A stretch of DNA of 64,000 nt from Mizuhopecten yessoensis (lineage: Eukaryota): the NCBI RefSeq assembly GCF_002113885.1, contig NW_018404943.1:991236-1055235 (forward strand). Reading direction: 5' to 3'. The translations under genes and the position numbers were made by a program. Positions 10,871 to 25,685 of the stretch are shown piece by piece. How positions within the stretch are numbered: position 1 is the first letter of the stretch; every line of letters starts with the position of its first letter. Under the pieces are notes generated by a model. The model made no database searches. It was not told the DNA's origin and worked only from the letters and a program-made list of their open reading frames with translations.

Positions 10871-12795
10871 AGATAAATGATCTCTGTAGGCTGCTGCTAG
10901 GAAGCTATCTTACAGGATTGTACTGAACATTGCAAGCATGGTGGGTAAAGCTCAAGAATTAAATTAACTGCAAGTTGTGTGCACAGCGGGGGAAACTGGC
11001 ACTGACCAGTTCTTCAAAGTATACAGACCTCAATATTTTATAAATAAGTCACTTTGGAAAAGTGCATGACTAAAACTGTATCCTTGGAATATTTAATTTA
11101 TATTGTATCTCTAAATACAAGGATCAGGTAATACCACAATGTACATTTAAAATTGAAATGTCCAATGAAATTTGATGAAATATATCAAGAAATAGTTTGA
11201 AAATTAAAACGTTTTTGGTAAAATAATTATCATAAATATTTATATAACGTTTCCAAAAGGATTTATTTTTTTAGTATCATATGGTAATGTTATGTTAAAT
11301 GTTCAAATTTGTGAATATTGCATAATATATACAACTTGAATATTACAAATTCTCACAACATAAATTCTCATCATAGAAATATCATATTACATCTTCAATA
11401 ATAGTCTGCAAAATCCATAACTTGTACATACTGAAATCACAAAGCGCATTGCTCAATGGAAAAACACTAATGGGATCTACAAAAATAAGGTGAAATGTAG
11501 TTTATAGGAAAAGTTCATGAATCACTGATAATTATCAGTTCTGATGTTATAGTTCAATGTAATCAAAACTAGTTAAGAAAACATGCATCATTATCTCAAA
11601 ACCTTTTTGTCTGGTAAGCAGTAGCTTACAAATGATACCTTTTATTAATAGCTGAATGTAACATACATTTGTAGTAACACAAGTCTAGACTGGTCCTTAC
11701 TGAGAAACTGTAGGGGAGACAACCCAACATAAAATATGGAATCGGCAGGAACACTGCATCTACATATACACAAAAAAATGGGATCGCAAAGGCAAAAATT
11801 GATTGTCAAAGGCCAATGCTTAACATTACTGAATGACTAGAGGATTTGGCCCTAAAGTTTTCTAATCATTAATAGCAGGTTTGTGTTTCTCATAACACAT
11901 TTTTTACTCGTAACAATTGTGCAAAGTATACTTCATATAGAATCAAAGATTTCTTCTGATTCTGTCATAGAAAATGTCAACGCATTCAAAAGCAGTTTTA
12001 AGCAAAAATCCTTCTATAAAGGCTTTTATAGGTTATACTCCAATGAAAATCAGAACCACATAATTAATAACAAACTGACAATGTTTTCATCTTGAAATAA
12101 TCTCATAAAAACTACAGAACTTTGGTCTACATGTGAGGGAAGATAAAATCAAATGGCAACAGTCGGTGGAGGTGTTAGTATCCTAGTGAGTCTACAATAG
12201 AAGGTTAAAACATTGAAGCTACCTAGCAATGTTCTACAAGGTTGTAGCATTTCGAGACAGAACAATGACAACATGCCCTGTACCTACGTACATCTGCAAT
12301 ATAGAGTAACCCTGAGTTAACACAAGATATCTACACGTTTTAAAGTAAAAATGCAAAAGAAATACAAAATTTCTTGATGTTATGATACAGATTTCTGTAA
12401 GAATCACTTTTCCCTCCAGTTAAGCTCATATCATCTGCTAATGATGTGTTATACAAGATACTGAATAAGTTGTATCTTGGAAGTATTTGTGATAAGTTGA
12501 TGTTTCAAGCTATCTAACTATATAATTATATTGCTGTAATATGATATATTGTTTATTGAAATTTTCTCATCAATGGCCAGATAAGTAGACAAAGAGTTTT
12601 TTGAAAAATATTCTGAAAACCAAAACTTACCTAAATACTAATGAGTAAGAAAATCTACGAGAATTATATACCTGTTCTGTTTCGGCTGGTCCAGACACCA
12701 TGCACACATGATGCAAAAGAGAGTAGTGATTAGCCTGTATCCTGCTTTCCCTCCCACACAGATATGACAGTACATGGAGGATGAAGTTTTCTACA

Positions 12796-12886
12796 TTAAC
12801 CCTTTCACCACTGTGGACCATAATGGACCCCTCCATATCAATGCATGGTAGAGTCTACTAAAGCTACATAGGGGTGAAAGGGTTAA
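12796..12886. mobile_element. TTAA-flanked MITE (piggyBac-like), family A copy 2
   Basis: TTAA-CCCTTTCACC...GGTGAAAGGG-TTAA, with TTAA at both ends and intact TIRs. Confidence 0.8.
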
Positions 12887-14618
12887 CACATGTCAATTAT
12901 ACACGTACTTGTAGCTGATGAACACTCGCACAAGTCTACTTAACAGGATTCAGATCTGCTAACACATCTCTGATAAACAAAGGGCAAATAAATTAGACAG
13001 AAATATACATCATTTAAAAACGTAAAAACTTAAAGCTCATGTATTGATGGGATATATTTATATATATATAAAGGATGAGACGAGATGAAAGAGTGTCCAA
13101 ATATAATCCAGTGGAATATGTAAATGACAATAGTTTTTTTTATTGATCATGACCATATATGGGCAAGTTGTTAATAGATGAATGATCGTATCTTTTGTTT
13201 TCACATGCTCATGATCGTCATAATGACTTTTAAAGGCAACACATTATTTTGACATCATACACAATATTTAAATCATCTTCATGTCCATTTCATTTTTTTC
13301 TACAACGACTAACCACCAAAAGTAACAACAGAGTTCACCGTTCTACACACACTGTACAGACACAGAACTGGTGGGTGACCACGGACAGAGGACGTTCTTA
13401 CGGCATAGGGCTAACACGTTACTTATGTACACTAAACCAGGCCTCCATGCCATAGCAATGCTGTTGTGGGTACAATACTAAGTACAAATGAAGTGACGCC
13501 CAAAATACAAATCATCTATTTGTGTGGATTCAATAATAAACTGAAATATCTCCGAGAAAAAACGAGAATTCTGCCATTAAAAGAAATGTTAGTGTACCAG
13601 GAGTGAGTAGAATGTATAAGGATAACTGATCAGCTTTCACAAGAGCAGTAGCTTATGTAAGATGTTACAAAGAGTTAGGATGGTCAGATAATCTCCTAAC
13701 CAAGACGTGCTGAACAAACCGATTTTTAAGAGATTTTGTATTCTCATAAAACATAGCTGTATAATATATTTGATTAATCATTTATTGAAGTTTTCAATTG
13801 AAATTATTGCCATTCATGGACTGGCATGAAAATAAGATTTACATGAAATGTGTCATTGGTTAATCTTTCGAATAATGTTAAAAATTTAATAAAAAAAATG
13901 GTTAAAAACAGATGTTTAGCATTGTTAGCGTATATGATTTTTTGTTTGTTTTATAGATTCTTCACCTCAGCGTTAACAACTCTTTGATAAAAACCGATGA
14001 ATTGCCCAAACAGATGGATGTACTTTTAATGTCTGGTCCCATGTATAAGAACTAGTGGTCTGTTATTCTCAGAATAGCAACACAGGGGGTTTCTCTCTGA
14101 TCAAATCTACACAGTAATGTATTCATGTACACAAACATGTTGGCGGCTCACGTGACTAAAAGTGGAAGAATTTGATATACATATCTGTTGACGGGGAATC
14201 AAGAGCACCGACGATGGATCACCCAATCCAAAAACAATAACACCACTGTATAAATGGACGTCACAAGACTATATCCCTATGGAGCAGACCCCGGATTTTA
14301 AGGTCCCGGAACAATTACCCCATACAAAATGATTTTACACAATCATACTATACAACACACTGCAAATATAATCCACAAATTGTTCCCGTGAAGTTTGTAC
14401 ATGAAATTAAGTGATTGAGCAGTCCCTATGAGATTAGAGCAGACTGGCAGTACTGGTCACTAACGCACACTGACCAGTACTAACAACATCACTGACCAGC
14501 GAAAACAATCTACCCTTACATTACAACATGTAACGTCCTGTGCACATACTCCCACAAAAGTTTTGTTTGGAGATTATTGTGTTGCCATCTATAATTTGTC
14601 AAAATATCATAATAGATC

Positions 14619-14710
14619 TTAAACTTATTCACCCCTGAAGACACATTTGAACTTGTCCAATTCCAAGGTTGGAATAGTTCATTGCGAAATTTCAGGGGTG
14701 AAAGATTGAA
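14619..14710. mobile_element. TTAA-type MITE, family B copy 1
   Basis: TIR core TTCACCCCTGAA...TTCAGGGGTGAA; matches 16153-16243 (inverted) and 32260-32350 (direct). Confidence 0.75.
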
Positions 14711-16152
14711 TTATATTTTGCTGTTTCTCCCCTACAAATGAGCATTTAACTTCTGGTAAAGGGGACAGTCAACTAACAGTTTCAAATATCCGGTATCCTA
14801 TCATTAATTTACATACTGAATTTACCTTTAAATCAATACACTTTATATGATAAATAGACTTAATAACATTCAAGTTGAAATATTAATATATTTAAAAAAA
14901 ACAACACCCTGATACCTGTTGATTTCTTAAGGCAATTCATTTTTTTGTTTTCCTTTTTTTTTGGAATTTCTCAAAACCAGTGTTGTCTCTGTATCAAAAA
15001 GAGGAAAGAGAAAAACGTATTTAACATACACAATTAAGTCACCTGTGGGTTAAAACAACAATTTCATCAATAACTATATACATCTGTAAAACATAAGATG
15101 ACCATTTCATCAAAACGTTACTCGATCCAGTATCTAACAAAAAATACATAGTAAATAAATAGTTTTCAAACTCTGCATAAATGATAACAAAATGTCTTTG
15201 GGACTTAGTAACATTTTTGGTCATAAAACAACATAATAACTAAATCATTTAAAATAAGATAGAAATATTTCTTAAAAAGTGTCCTGATGACCGATATCTC
15301 GCAACCAAAATGGCTACATTTTGGGATTACAGTTATTTATTAAAGCGTATACTTAGATGGTAAAGTGAGGGTGAAGCCAGTACTAAGGGCAGTTACCCCC
15401 CTTTATTACATTAACTGCCTGTTGAGAATTTTTCAACATCTTTTTTTCTAAAGAGCAAATCCCTGAAAATATTAAGTTATTGCTACAATATCGTTCACTT
15501 TCTAAACACATTTATTAAATGTCAGAACTCTAATTGCAAGATGCTTTTTGATTTTTGAAACTACTGGTGAAGTTTTAATACAGAGCATCAATACTTCTCT
15601 AACCATTAAAACCAACTTTTCGATTCAGAAATAAAAAATGAACATACAAATTCAAACTTAGGCTACATACTTTTGATTCCAATCTAAAATTATTTCTTAT
15701 CTATAAATTCATTTGTCAAGATAAAGAGGCAACAGGTATTATAAAAACAACCAGAGTATTTAAAACAAATGATTAATTTATGGAATTCTGAAGATGTCCG
15801 GTTTCTACACCCTATAAAATACACAGTATATCACTACCATACACTACAATCACATGTACTTACAGTCTATATCTGTTTCACATTTTACAATTACATATGG
15901 GCATTAGGGAAATGTATGTATCATTATATAACCACTTGTCACAAGAGGCTTGATTCAAAATATCTGGTCCTGAAAACTTATTTTTCACTTAACATTATTC
16001 AGCCTCAGAGTCCACAATGGCAAACAAGATTTTCCTTGGTGATAGCAAACACAAACCATATGAGAAACAAAAGTTCCTATTAAGTTTTAGATTTGTAGGT
16101 GTTACAGGATAGATAATGAATCAAATCCACTTAGGTCTGCATAGCGAATACT

Positions 16153-16243
16153 TTACCTCATTCACCCCTGAAATTTCATAATGAACTATTCCAACCTTTG
16201 AATTGGAAGAGTTCAAATGTGTCTTCAGGGGTGAATGAGTTAA
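16153..16243. mobile_element. TTAA-type MITE, family B copy 2 (inverted relative to copy 1)
   Basis: CTCATTCACCCCTGAA...TTCAGGGGTGAATGAG-TTAA. Confidence 0.8.
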
Positions 16244-16354
16244 ATGGTCAAATTTTACCTTCATTTCTCTATATAATGTATCAATGATAAATGTATATCA
16301 TTATGTTAACAAACTGTTTAAATATTCAACAACATTTCAGGAGATTATTCCAAA

Positions 16355-16760
16355 GCCTGGCTACATACTTGATCTAGATAATAGACAAGTCATACATACA
16401 GTATAACTTAGATAGTAGCCAAACTACATACACAACCTAAACAATAGCTCACCATACAGATTACATAGATTATAACCCATCATACATGTAACCCAGGTTA
16501 TATCCCAGTCATACACACGACCTAGATTATAGCTCCTTTATACACAGGACCTAGATATAATAGCCTAGCCATATATATGACACAGATTATAACCTAGCCA
16601 TACACTTGATCTAGATAACAGACCACTCATACATTTGATCTAGATAGAAATGCAGCCATACCACATGTAAGCCCAGTCATACATGTAATCTAGATTATTG
16701 CCCAGCCATACACACGACCTAGATTATAGTTCAGCTATACACAATACCTAGATTCTATAT
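16355..16760. repeat. Degenerate ~30-bp tandem repeat
   Basis: Recurring CCTAGATTATAGCCCAGCCATACAC-like motif. Confidence 0.6.
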
Positions 16761-17112
16761 AAACAGAGAGAGTATTGATAATCAAAACACAACATGGTCT
16801 ACTAATTACCACAGACATCCAACAGTCTCTCTCTACAGATGGACAGACATGCTCGTACAGACACTCGCAGCATATGTAGGAGACCCATCATATATATATA
16901 TATATAATCAGTATACATAACATTCAGCATGAAACAACTCTCATAATTGTGTAATCATTGATGCGCCCTGTGTGCTACAGATTCCACCCTCGACACGTAT
17001 CTCAGGTGTACACTGTGTGACCTTCGGTAGTCCCTCCAGGCCAACACGAGGGGCCAAACTGTTCTTGTCGCTGCCAAGGGCAGGTAACTGTAGGCAGGGG
17101 CTGGAGTTGTTG

Positions 17113-17681
17113 TCAATGTCTCGTAGGTGGGTAACTATGGTTTAGGCTATACTTATTGTAAGAGTTAAGTGTGTGAATGTTTTGTAACACAGTGTGGTAA
17201 TGATCTATGTCACTTTCTCGGTCCTCCGCAGGACGAGTTGGCACGTCACGGTATTTGCCTTTTGACCCCTCTGATTGTCTTTCCTTTTCCCCACGCCAGC
17301 AGAGAATGTTGTGGTCCCGGGCTTGTAGAACTATGAAGACCACACCAAATAGCAAGATGGCCGACGTGCATAGAATTATCACCCAGACAAAGAAACTCAG
17401 CATATCTGGGTCTAAGAAATTCATGATCAGCTTTCTGCGACAGTACCCGTCCCTGATCTCATATCCCTCACTACACTGAAAACAGTCTTCAACATATGGC
17501 CCTTTACAAGTCCGACAGGCATCATTGCAGGCATGACAGATACCATGTCTCTGGTACTGTGGAGCCCAGCCAGACGAGTTATGGTTTGAGTCCATCAACA
17601 CTGTCTCCATGGTGCCGTAGTAAAACTCCGGACAGCTGGCCACACAGCCGTCACCAAACTTGTAAAATCCTGGACGGCATT
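17113..17681 (-). CDS. FURIN: Furin-like convertase, last exon of the Cys-rich isoform (FU repeats, TM helix, cytoplasmic tail)
   Basis: ttcag|AA phase 1. Encodes ECRPGFYKFGDGCVASCPEFYY...CHACNDACRTCKGP..DCFQC, a hydrophobic segment FFVWVIILCTSAILLFGVVFIVL, and a tail with YRDV and EDRESDID. TGA at 17113-17115. Confidence 0.9.
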
Positions 17682-17952
17682 CTGAAACAGGGTAACCTTT
17701 GTATCAATAATGTGGTACATTTGACAAAACGAAGTTGTCTCCGGATAGTGTTTGACAGTGTCGGGCCTACTTCACATTAAGGTCAGTAGGATTACATCAT
17801 CATAGTCTTTGATACAGGTCATATCTTTACAATCATTTGCATCTCAGGTAATGTGTTAATATTGTTGGGAGGATAAAAATATTGTAACCACATGACTCGA
17901 CTATACATCACGAGAAGCATTGTCACATCTTATTCATGGTAAGTGTACTAAC

Positions 17953-18087
17953 CTATACATATGCCGTGAGAAGTGATGCCAGCACATTTTAAGGGCTCCT
18001 TTTTCTTCACTGGTTGGGAAGTTATGTTGCGGCTTTGAGGATGAGTACCAGTGCCCATGACAACCAGTGTCCATTGTTTTAATTCGG
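17953..18087 (-). CDS. FURIN: Furin-like convertase, P-domain-terminal exon version B
   Basis: ttttaccttccag|CC...G|gttagt, 135 nt, phase 1/1. Encodes (T)ELKQWTLVVMGTGTHPQSRNITSQPVKKKEPLKCAGITSHGICI, matching the LxxWxLxxxGT end of the P domain. Not in the ORF track. Confidence 0.88.
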
Positions 18088-18596
18088 CTGGAAGGTAAAA
18101 AGATGCAATGAAATATTGGGAAGTTGAAAAATTAAAATACGCTTTTAAAATTGAACCTAACTATGGGAGTTATAAATAGATCTTTTTTTTTTAAATTTAC
18201 AAATGAATGAAAAACAAGAACTTTATACACTTATGAGGAAACTCTGAAAGAGGAGGAAAAAAAGCTATTGTCGGCAGGTGAAGTGATTTTCAAGCTTACA
18301 TCTAATTCTCCTGAACTTCAAATGTGTTTTTATATTTTTTTCTTTAACTTCAGATGTGTTCTGATATTGTCTCCAGGTCTAGTGCAGTGTAATTATACCA
18401 TAATAGGTTACAACAGAAAAAGTGCAGCAGTAGCATTGTTTAAATGTATGGAAATCATATTTACTAGTATAACTTGTACTTGTGAATGAAATTGTGTTTA
18501 GTAAGGTAAAATAATAACACGCTTTCTGTTTTAATGAAAGCAAATGCTCAACAAACATCCTTGGTGCATTATAACCAAGGTACGAGATTGGCCTGG

Positions 18597-21500
18597 CAAA
18601 TCTAACACAATATTACACTGAATTGTCCTACAAATCTAACACAATATTACACTGAATTGCCCTACAAATCTAACACAATATTACACTGAATTGTCCTACA
18701 AATCTAACACAATATTACACTGAATTGCCCTACAAATCTAACACAATATTACACTGAATTGTCCTACAAATCTAACACAATATTACACTGAATTGCCCTA
18801 CAAATCTAACACAATATTACACTGAATTGTCCTACAAATCTAACACAATATTACACTGAATTGCCCTACAAATCTAACACAATATAGCATAGAAAAGCAC
18901 AGCAAATCTAACACAATATAACACTGAATTGCCCAACAAACCTAACACAATATAACACTGAATTGCCCTACAAACCTAACACAATATTACACTGAATTGC
19001 CCTACAAATCTAACACAATACAGCATAGAAAAGCACAGCAAATCTAACACAATATTACACTGAATTGCCCTACAAATCTAACACAATATTACATAGACAA
19101 GCACAGCAAATCTAACACAATATTACACTGAATTGCCCAACAAACCTAACACAATATTACACTGAATTGCCCTACAAATCCATCACAATATTACACTGAA
19201 TTGTCCTACAAATCTATCACAATATTACACTGAATTGCCCTACAAATCTAACACAATACAGCATAGAAAAGCACAGCAAATCTAACACAATATTACCCTG
19301 AATTGCCCTACAAATCTTACGCAATATTACCCTACAAATCTAACACAATATAACACTGAATTGCCCTATAAATCTAACACAATATTACACTGAATTGTCC
19401 AACAAATCTATCACAATATTACACTGAATTGCCCTACAAATCTAACACAATATTACACTGAATTGCCCAACAAACCTAACACAATATTACACTGAATTGC
19501 CCTACAAATCTTACACAATATTACCCTGAATTGCCCTACAAATCTTACACAATATTACCCTACAAATCTAACACAATATAACACTGAATTGCCCTATAAA
19601 TCTAACACAATATTACACTGAATTGTCCTACAAATCTATCAAAATATTACACTGAATTGCCCTACAAATCTAACACAATATTACACTGAATTGTCCTACA
19701 AATCTATCACAATCTTACACTGAATTGCCCTACAAATCTAACACAATATTACACTGAATTGTCCTACAAATCTATCACAATATTACACTGAATTGTCCTC
19801 CAAATCTATCACAATATTACACTGAATTGCCCTACAAATCTAACACAATATTACCCTGAATTGCCCTACAAATCTTACACAATATTACACTGAATTGCCC
19901 TACAAATCTAACACAATATAACACTGAATTGCCCTATAAATCTAACACAATATTACACTGAATTGTCCAACAAATCTATCACAATATTACACTGAATTGC
20001 CCAACAAATCTATCACAATATTACACTGAATTGTCCTACAAATCTATCACAATATTACACTGAATTGTCCTACAAATCTATCACAATATTACACTGAATT
20101 GCCCTACAAATCTAACACAATATTACACTAAATTGCCCAACAAATCTATCACAATATTACACTGAATTGCCCAACAAATCTAACAAAATATTACAAAGAC
20201 TGGCCCACAAACCTAACAAAATATTACAAAGACTGGCCCACAAACCTAACACAATATGACATAGACTGGCCCCACAAACCTAACACAATATTACATAGAC
20301 TAACCCAACAAATCTAACACAATATGACATAGACTAACCCAACAAATCTAACACAATATTACATAGACTGGCCCCACAAACCTAACACAATATGACACAG
20401 ACTGGCCCCACAAACCTAACACAATATCACATAGACTAACCCTACAAATCTAACACAATATTACATAGACTAACCCTACAAATCTAACACAATATTACAT
20501 AGACTGGTCCCACAAACCTAACACAATATGACATAGACTGGCCCCACAAACCTAACACAATATGACACAGACTAACCCAACAAATCTAACACAATATTAC
20601 ATAGACTGGCCCCACAAATCTAACACAATATTACATAGACTGGTCCCACAAACCTAACACAATATGACACAGACTGGCCCCACAAACCTAACACAATAAA
20701 AAATAGACTGCCCCCACAAATCTCCCACAATATTACATAGACTGGCCCCACAAACCTAACACAATATTACAGACTGGCCCCACAAACCAAATACAATATT
20801 ACATAGACTAACCCAACAAATCTAACACAATATTACATAGACTGGCCCCACAAATCTAACACAATATGACACAGACTGGCCCCAAAACCCTAACAAAATA
20901 TTACAAAGACTGGCCCCACAAACCAAACACAATATTACACAGACTGGCCCCCAAACCTAACACAATATGACACAGACTGGCCCCACAAACCTAACAAAAT
21001 ATTACACAGACTGGCCCACAAACCTAACACAATATGACATAGACTGGCCCCACAAACCTAACACAATATTACATAGACTGGCTCCAAAAACCTAATACAA
21101 TATCACATAGACTAACACAACAAATCTAATACAATATTACATAGACTTACCCAACAAATCTAACACAATATTACATAGACTAACCCAACAAATCTAACAC
21201 AATATTACATAGACTGGCTCCACAAACCTAACACAATATGACATAGACTAACCCAACAAATCTAACACAATATTACATAAACTAACCCAACAAATCTAAC
21301 ACAATATCACATAGACTAACCCAACAAATCTAACACAATATGACATAGACTAACCCAACAAATCTAACACAATATTACATAGACTGGCCCAACAAATCTA
21401 ACACAATATTACATAGACTAACCCAACAAATCTAACACATTATTACATAGACTAACCCAAAAAATCTAACACAATATTACATAGACTGGCCGCACAAACC

Positions 21501-24112
21501 TAACACAATATTGCATAGACTGACCAAACAAATCTACCACAATATTACATAGACTAACCCAACAAACCTAACACAATATTACATAGGCTAACCCAACAAA
21601 TCTAACACAATATTACGTAGACTGGCCCCACAAATCTAACACAATATGACACAGACTGGCCCCACAAATCTTACACAATATTACATAGACTGGCCCCACA
21701 AATCTAACACAATATTACAGACTGGCCCCACTAACCCAACAAACCTAACACAATATTACATAGACTGACCACACAAACCTAACACAATATTACATAGACT
21801 GGCCCCACAAACCTAACACAATATTACATAGACTGACCAAACAAATCTAACACAATATTACAGACTGGCCCCACTAACCCAACAACCCTAACACAATATT
21901 CCATAGACTAACCCAACAAATCTAACAAAATATTACATAGACTGGCCCCACAAACCTAACACAATATTACAGAGAATGGCCCCACAAACCTAACACAATA
22001 TTACATACAGACTGGCCCCACAAACCTAACACAATATTACATAGACTGGCCCCACAAACCTAACACAATATAACATAGACTGACCCCACAACCCTTACAC
22101 AATATAAACTAGACTGGCACCACAAACCTAACACAATATTACATAGCCTACCCCAACAAATCTAACAAAATATTACATAGACTGGCCCCACAACCCTAAC
22201 ACAATATTACAGAGAATGGCCCCCACAAACCTAACACAATATTACTAACACAATATTACATACAGACTGGCCCCCCAAACCTAACACAATATTACATAGA
22301 CTAACCCTACAAATCTAACACAATATTACATAGACTCGCCCCACAAACCTAACACAATATTATATAGCCTGGCCCCACAAACCTAACACAATATGACACA
22401 GACAGGCCCCACAAACCTAACACAATATACCATAGACTGACCCCACAAACCTTACACAATATAAAATAGACTGGCCCCACAAACCTAACACAATATTACA
22501 TATACTGGCTCCACAAACCTAACACAATATTACATAGACTGGCCCCACAAACCTAACACAATATGACACATACTGGCCCCACAAATCTAACTCAATATTA
22601 CATAGACTGACCACACAAACCTAACACAATATGACCCAGACTGGCCCCACAAATCTAACTCAATATTACATAGACTGACCACACAAACCTAACACAATAT
22701 TACAGAGAATGGCCCCACAAACCTAAGACAATATGACACAGACAGGCTCCACAACCCTAACACAATATTACACAATCTAACACAATATTACATAGACTAA
22801 CCCAACAAACCTAACACAATATGACCCAGACTGGCCCCACAAACCTAACACAATATGACACAGACTGGCCCGACAAATCTAACACAATATGACACAGACT
22901 GGCCCGACAAATCTAACACAATATTACACAGACTAGCCCCACAAATCTAACACAATATGACACAGACTGGCCCCACAAACCTAACACAATATAAAATAGA
23001 CTGGCCCCACAAATCTAACACAATATTACATAGACTGGCCCCACAAACCTAACACAATATAACATAGACCGACCCCACAAACCTAACACAATATTACATA
23101 GACTGGCCCCACAAACCTAACACAACATTTCACAGACTGGCACGACAAACCTTATGGCCCCACAAACTTACCACAACATTACACAGACTGGCCCCACAAA
23201 CCTTATGGCCCTACAAACTTAACACAATATTACATAGACTGGCCCCACAAACCTAACACAATATGACACAGACTGGCCCCACAAACCTAACACAATATTA
23301 CACAGACTGACCCCACAAACTTAACACAATATTACATAGACTGGCCCCACAAACCTAACACAATATTACACAGACTGGCCCCACAAACCTAACACAATAT
23401 GACACAGACTGGCCCCACAAACCTAACACAATATTACACAGACTGGCCCCACAAACCTAACACAATATTACACAGACTGGCCCCACAAACCTAACACAAT
23501 ATTACACAGACTGGCCCCACAAACCTAACACAATATGACACAGACTGGCCCCACAAACCTAACACAATATGACACAGACTGGCCCCACAAACCTAACACA
23601 ATATGACACAGACTGGCCCCACAAACCTAACACAATATGACACAGACTGGCCCCACAAACCTAACACAATATGACACAGACTGGCCCCACAAATCCAACA
23701 CAATATGACACAGACTGGCCCCACAAATCTAACACAATATTACACAGACTGACCCCACAAACTTAACACAATATTACATAGACTGGCCCCACAAATCTAA
23801 CACAATATTACATAGACTGGCCCCACAAACTTAACACAATATTACACAGACTGACCCCACAAACTTAACACAATATTACATAGACTGGCCCCACAAACCT
23901 AACACAATATGACACAGACTGGCCCCACAAACCTAACACAATATGACACAGACTGGCCCCACAAACCTAACACAATATAAAATAGACTGGCCCCACAAAC
24001 CTAACACAATATTACATAGACTGACCACACAAACCTAACACAATATGACATAGACTGGCCCCACAAACCTAACACAATATTATATAGACTGACCCCACAA
24101 ACCTAACACAAT
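18597..24112. repeat. Large minisatellite, 34-bp unit, ~5.5 kb, with domains of variant units
   Basis: Constant AAA(T/C)CTAACACAATATTACA followed by CTGAATTG(T/C)CCTAC (to ~20190), then TAGACTAACCCAAC or TAGACTGGCCCCAC. Confidence 0.97.
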
Positions 24113-25244
24113 AGTACTTGGTAGATGTTAAACCCCTCCAAACACAAGATTTCCCCCTCCACTCCCCAGCAGTATCTTATATAGATTGGCCTCAGGACCC
24201 TGATACTATATTATATGGACTGCCTTTCAGACCTTACACAGACTGGCCTCACAGACCACCACTACATCACTCAATACCAGCATCAGAAGCTAAGTCCTCA
24301 ATAAAGGAGATAATGTGTCTATTGTATGGTATAATGACTGGTCTTGTAGCCATTGCTCCTCCACAATAACAGGCCTGTCCCCTAACAATCTGTCTCCATT
24401 TCATGTCAAACTCATTTCCAGGAGAGGATTGTTGATGTCCAATTAATTTGTCTGAGTAACAATGTGTCTAGGAATAAATGAATTGCGATACCTATTCCTG
24501 ATTTATGTCAAATCGTCCAGTGTACTTTCCTTATACTTATCCGCGCTGAGAGATGTGAATTAATTCTTCATACTGTACTAGCAACATCCAATGACATTGA
24601 ATGAAGGTCACTTACCAAAGTGTAGTAGAATGAAAGAAAGAAGTTTTGTATCCCTGTTTGTATTTGTACTGGTGTATATATCAGTATTTGTACCAATTTG
24701 AACCACCGGTGTTCTTATATATATTGTATTGCAAGCAAAAAACAGGTAGGTTGGAGTTTCCACATTCCTCAACTATTACAGAAATGTCCACCATTTGAAA
24801 AATCTAGCACATCAATTATTTATTCCTATTTGAAATGGAATCATTCAATGAAAATAATGTGGATATACGGTACATGCTATGACGTACAATTCTACATTTT
24901 AGTTCTTGTTTGTATTGTTTCATCATATGACCTGACCCTGGACAAAGCTTGTCAAATGATAAAAACATATGTAGCTTCATGGCAATCCAATGTAACTGTT
25001 ATCTTAAAACATTTTTTTGCTTCAAAATCATGAAATTTATGAATGAATTTCCATAGGAAGATATAACAATAAAAAAAGTAAATATTGAAATAAAAAAATA
25101 CCTTTTTGTACACTAAGGCAGAAGTTGTGAGATGGTTAAATTTTTTTTTTGGAAAACAGCTAGGATCATTTATCTCAATGTTTGAAACTGGAAATAAAGT
25201 TTACAATTACTCATGGATAAGTTTGACCTGAGATAAGATGTACT

Positions 25245-25685
25245 ACTATGGTAATATGATGTACTACCTTGGCAATATGATGTATCACCATGGCAATATG
25301 ATGTATCACCATGGCAATATGATGTGTCACCATGGCAATATAATGTATCACCATGGCAATATGATGTGTCACCATGGCAATATGTTGTATCACCATGGCA
25401 ATATGTTGTACTCCCATGGCAGTACAATGTTTTACCATCGGCAATATGATGTATCACAATGGTGATATGATGTATCACCATGGCAATATGATGTGTCACC
25501 ATGGCAATATGATGACAATATGATGTGTCACCATGGCAATATGATGTATCACCATGGCAATATGTTGTACTTCCATGGCAATACAATGTTTTACCATCAG
25601 CAATATGATGTATCACAATGGCGATATGATGTATTACCATGGCAATATGATATATTACCATGGCAATATGATGTATTATCATGGC
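25245..25685. repeat. Minisatellite, 21-bp unit
   Basis: Unit CCATGGCAATATGATGTATCA; explains the repetitive ORFs on both strands. Confidence 0.93.

Noticed and set aside
9544-12886. Trans base-pairing between METTL25B and furin mRNAs via family A MITEs
   Set aside because: The copies are inverted in the genome but lie in opposite-strand transcripts, so they have the same sense in the two mRNAs.
18597-24112. CRISPR-like constant/variable periodicity
   Set aside because: The variable parts are a few recurring related 14-mers, not unique spacers. The context is a eukaryotic intron and no cas genes are present.
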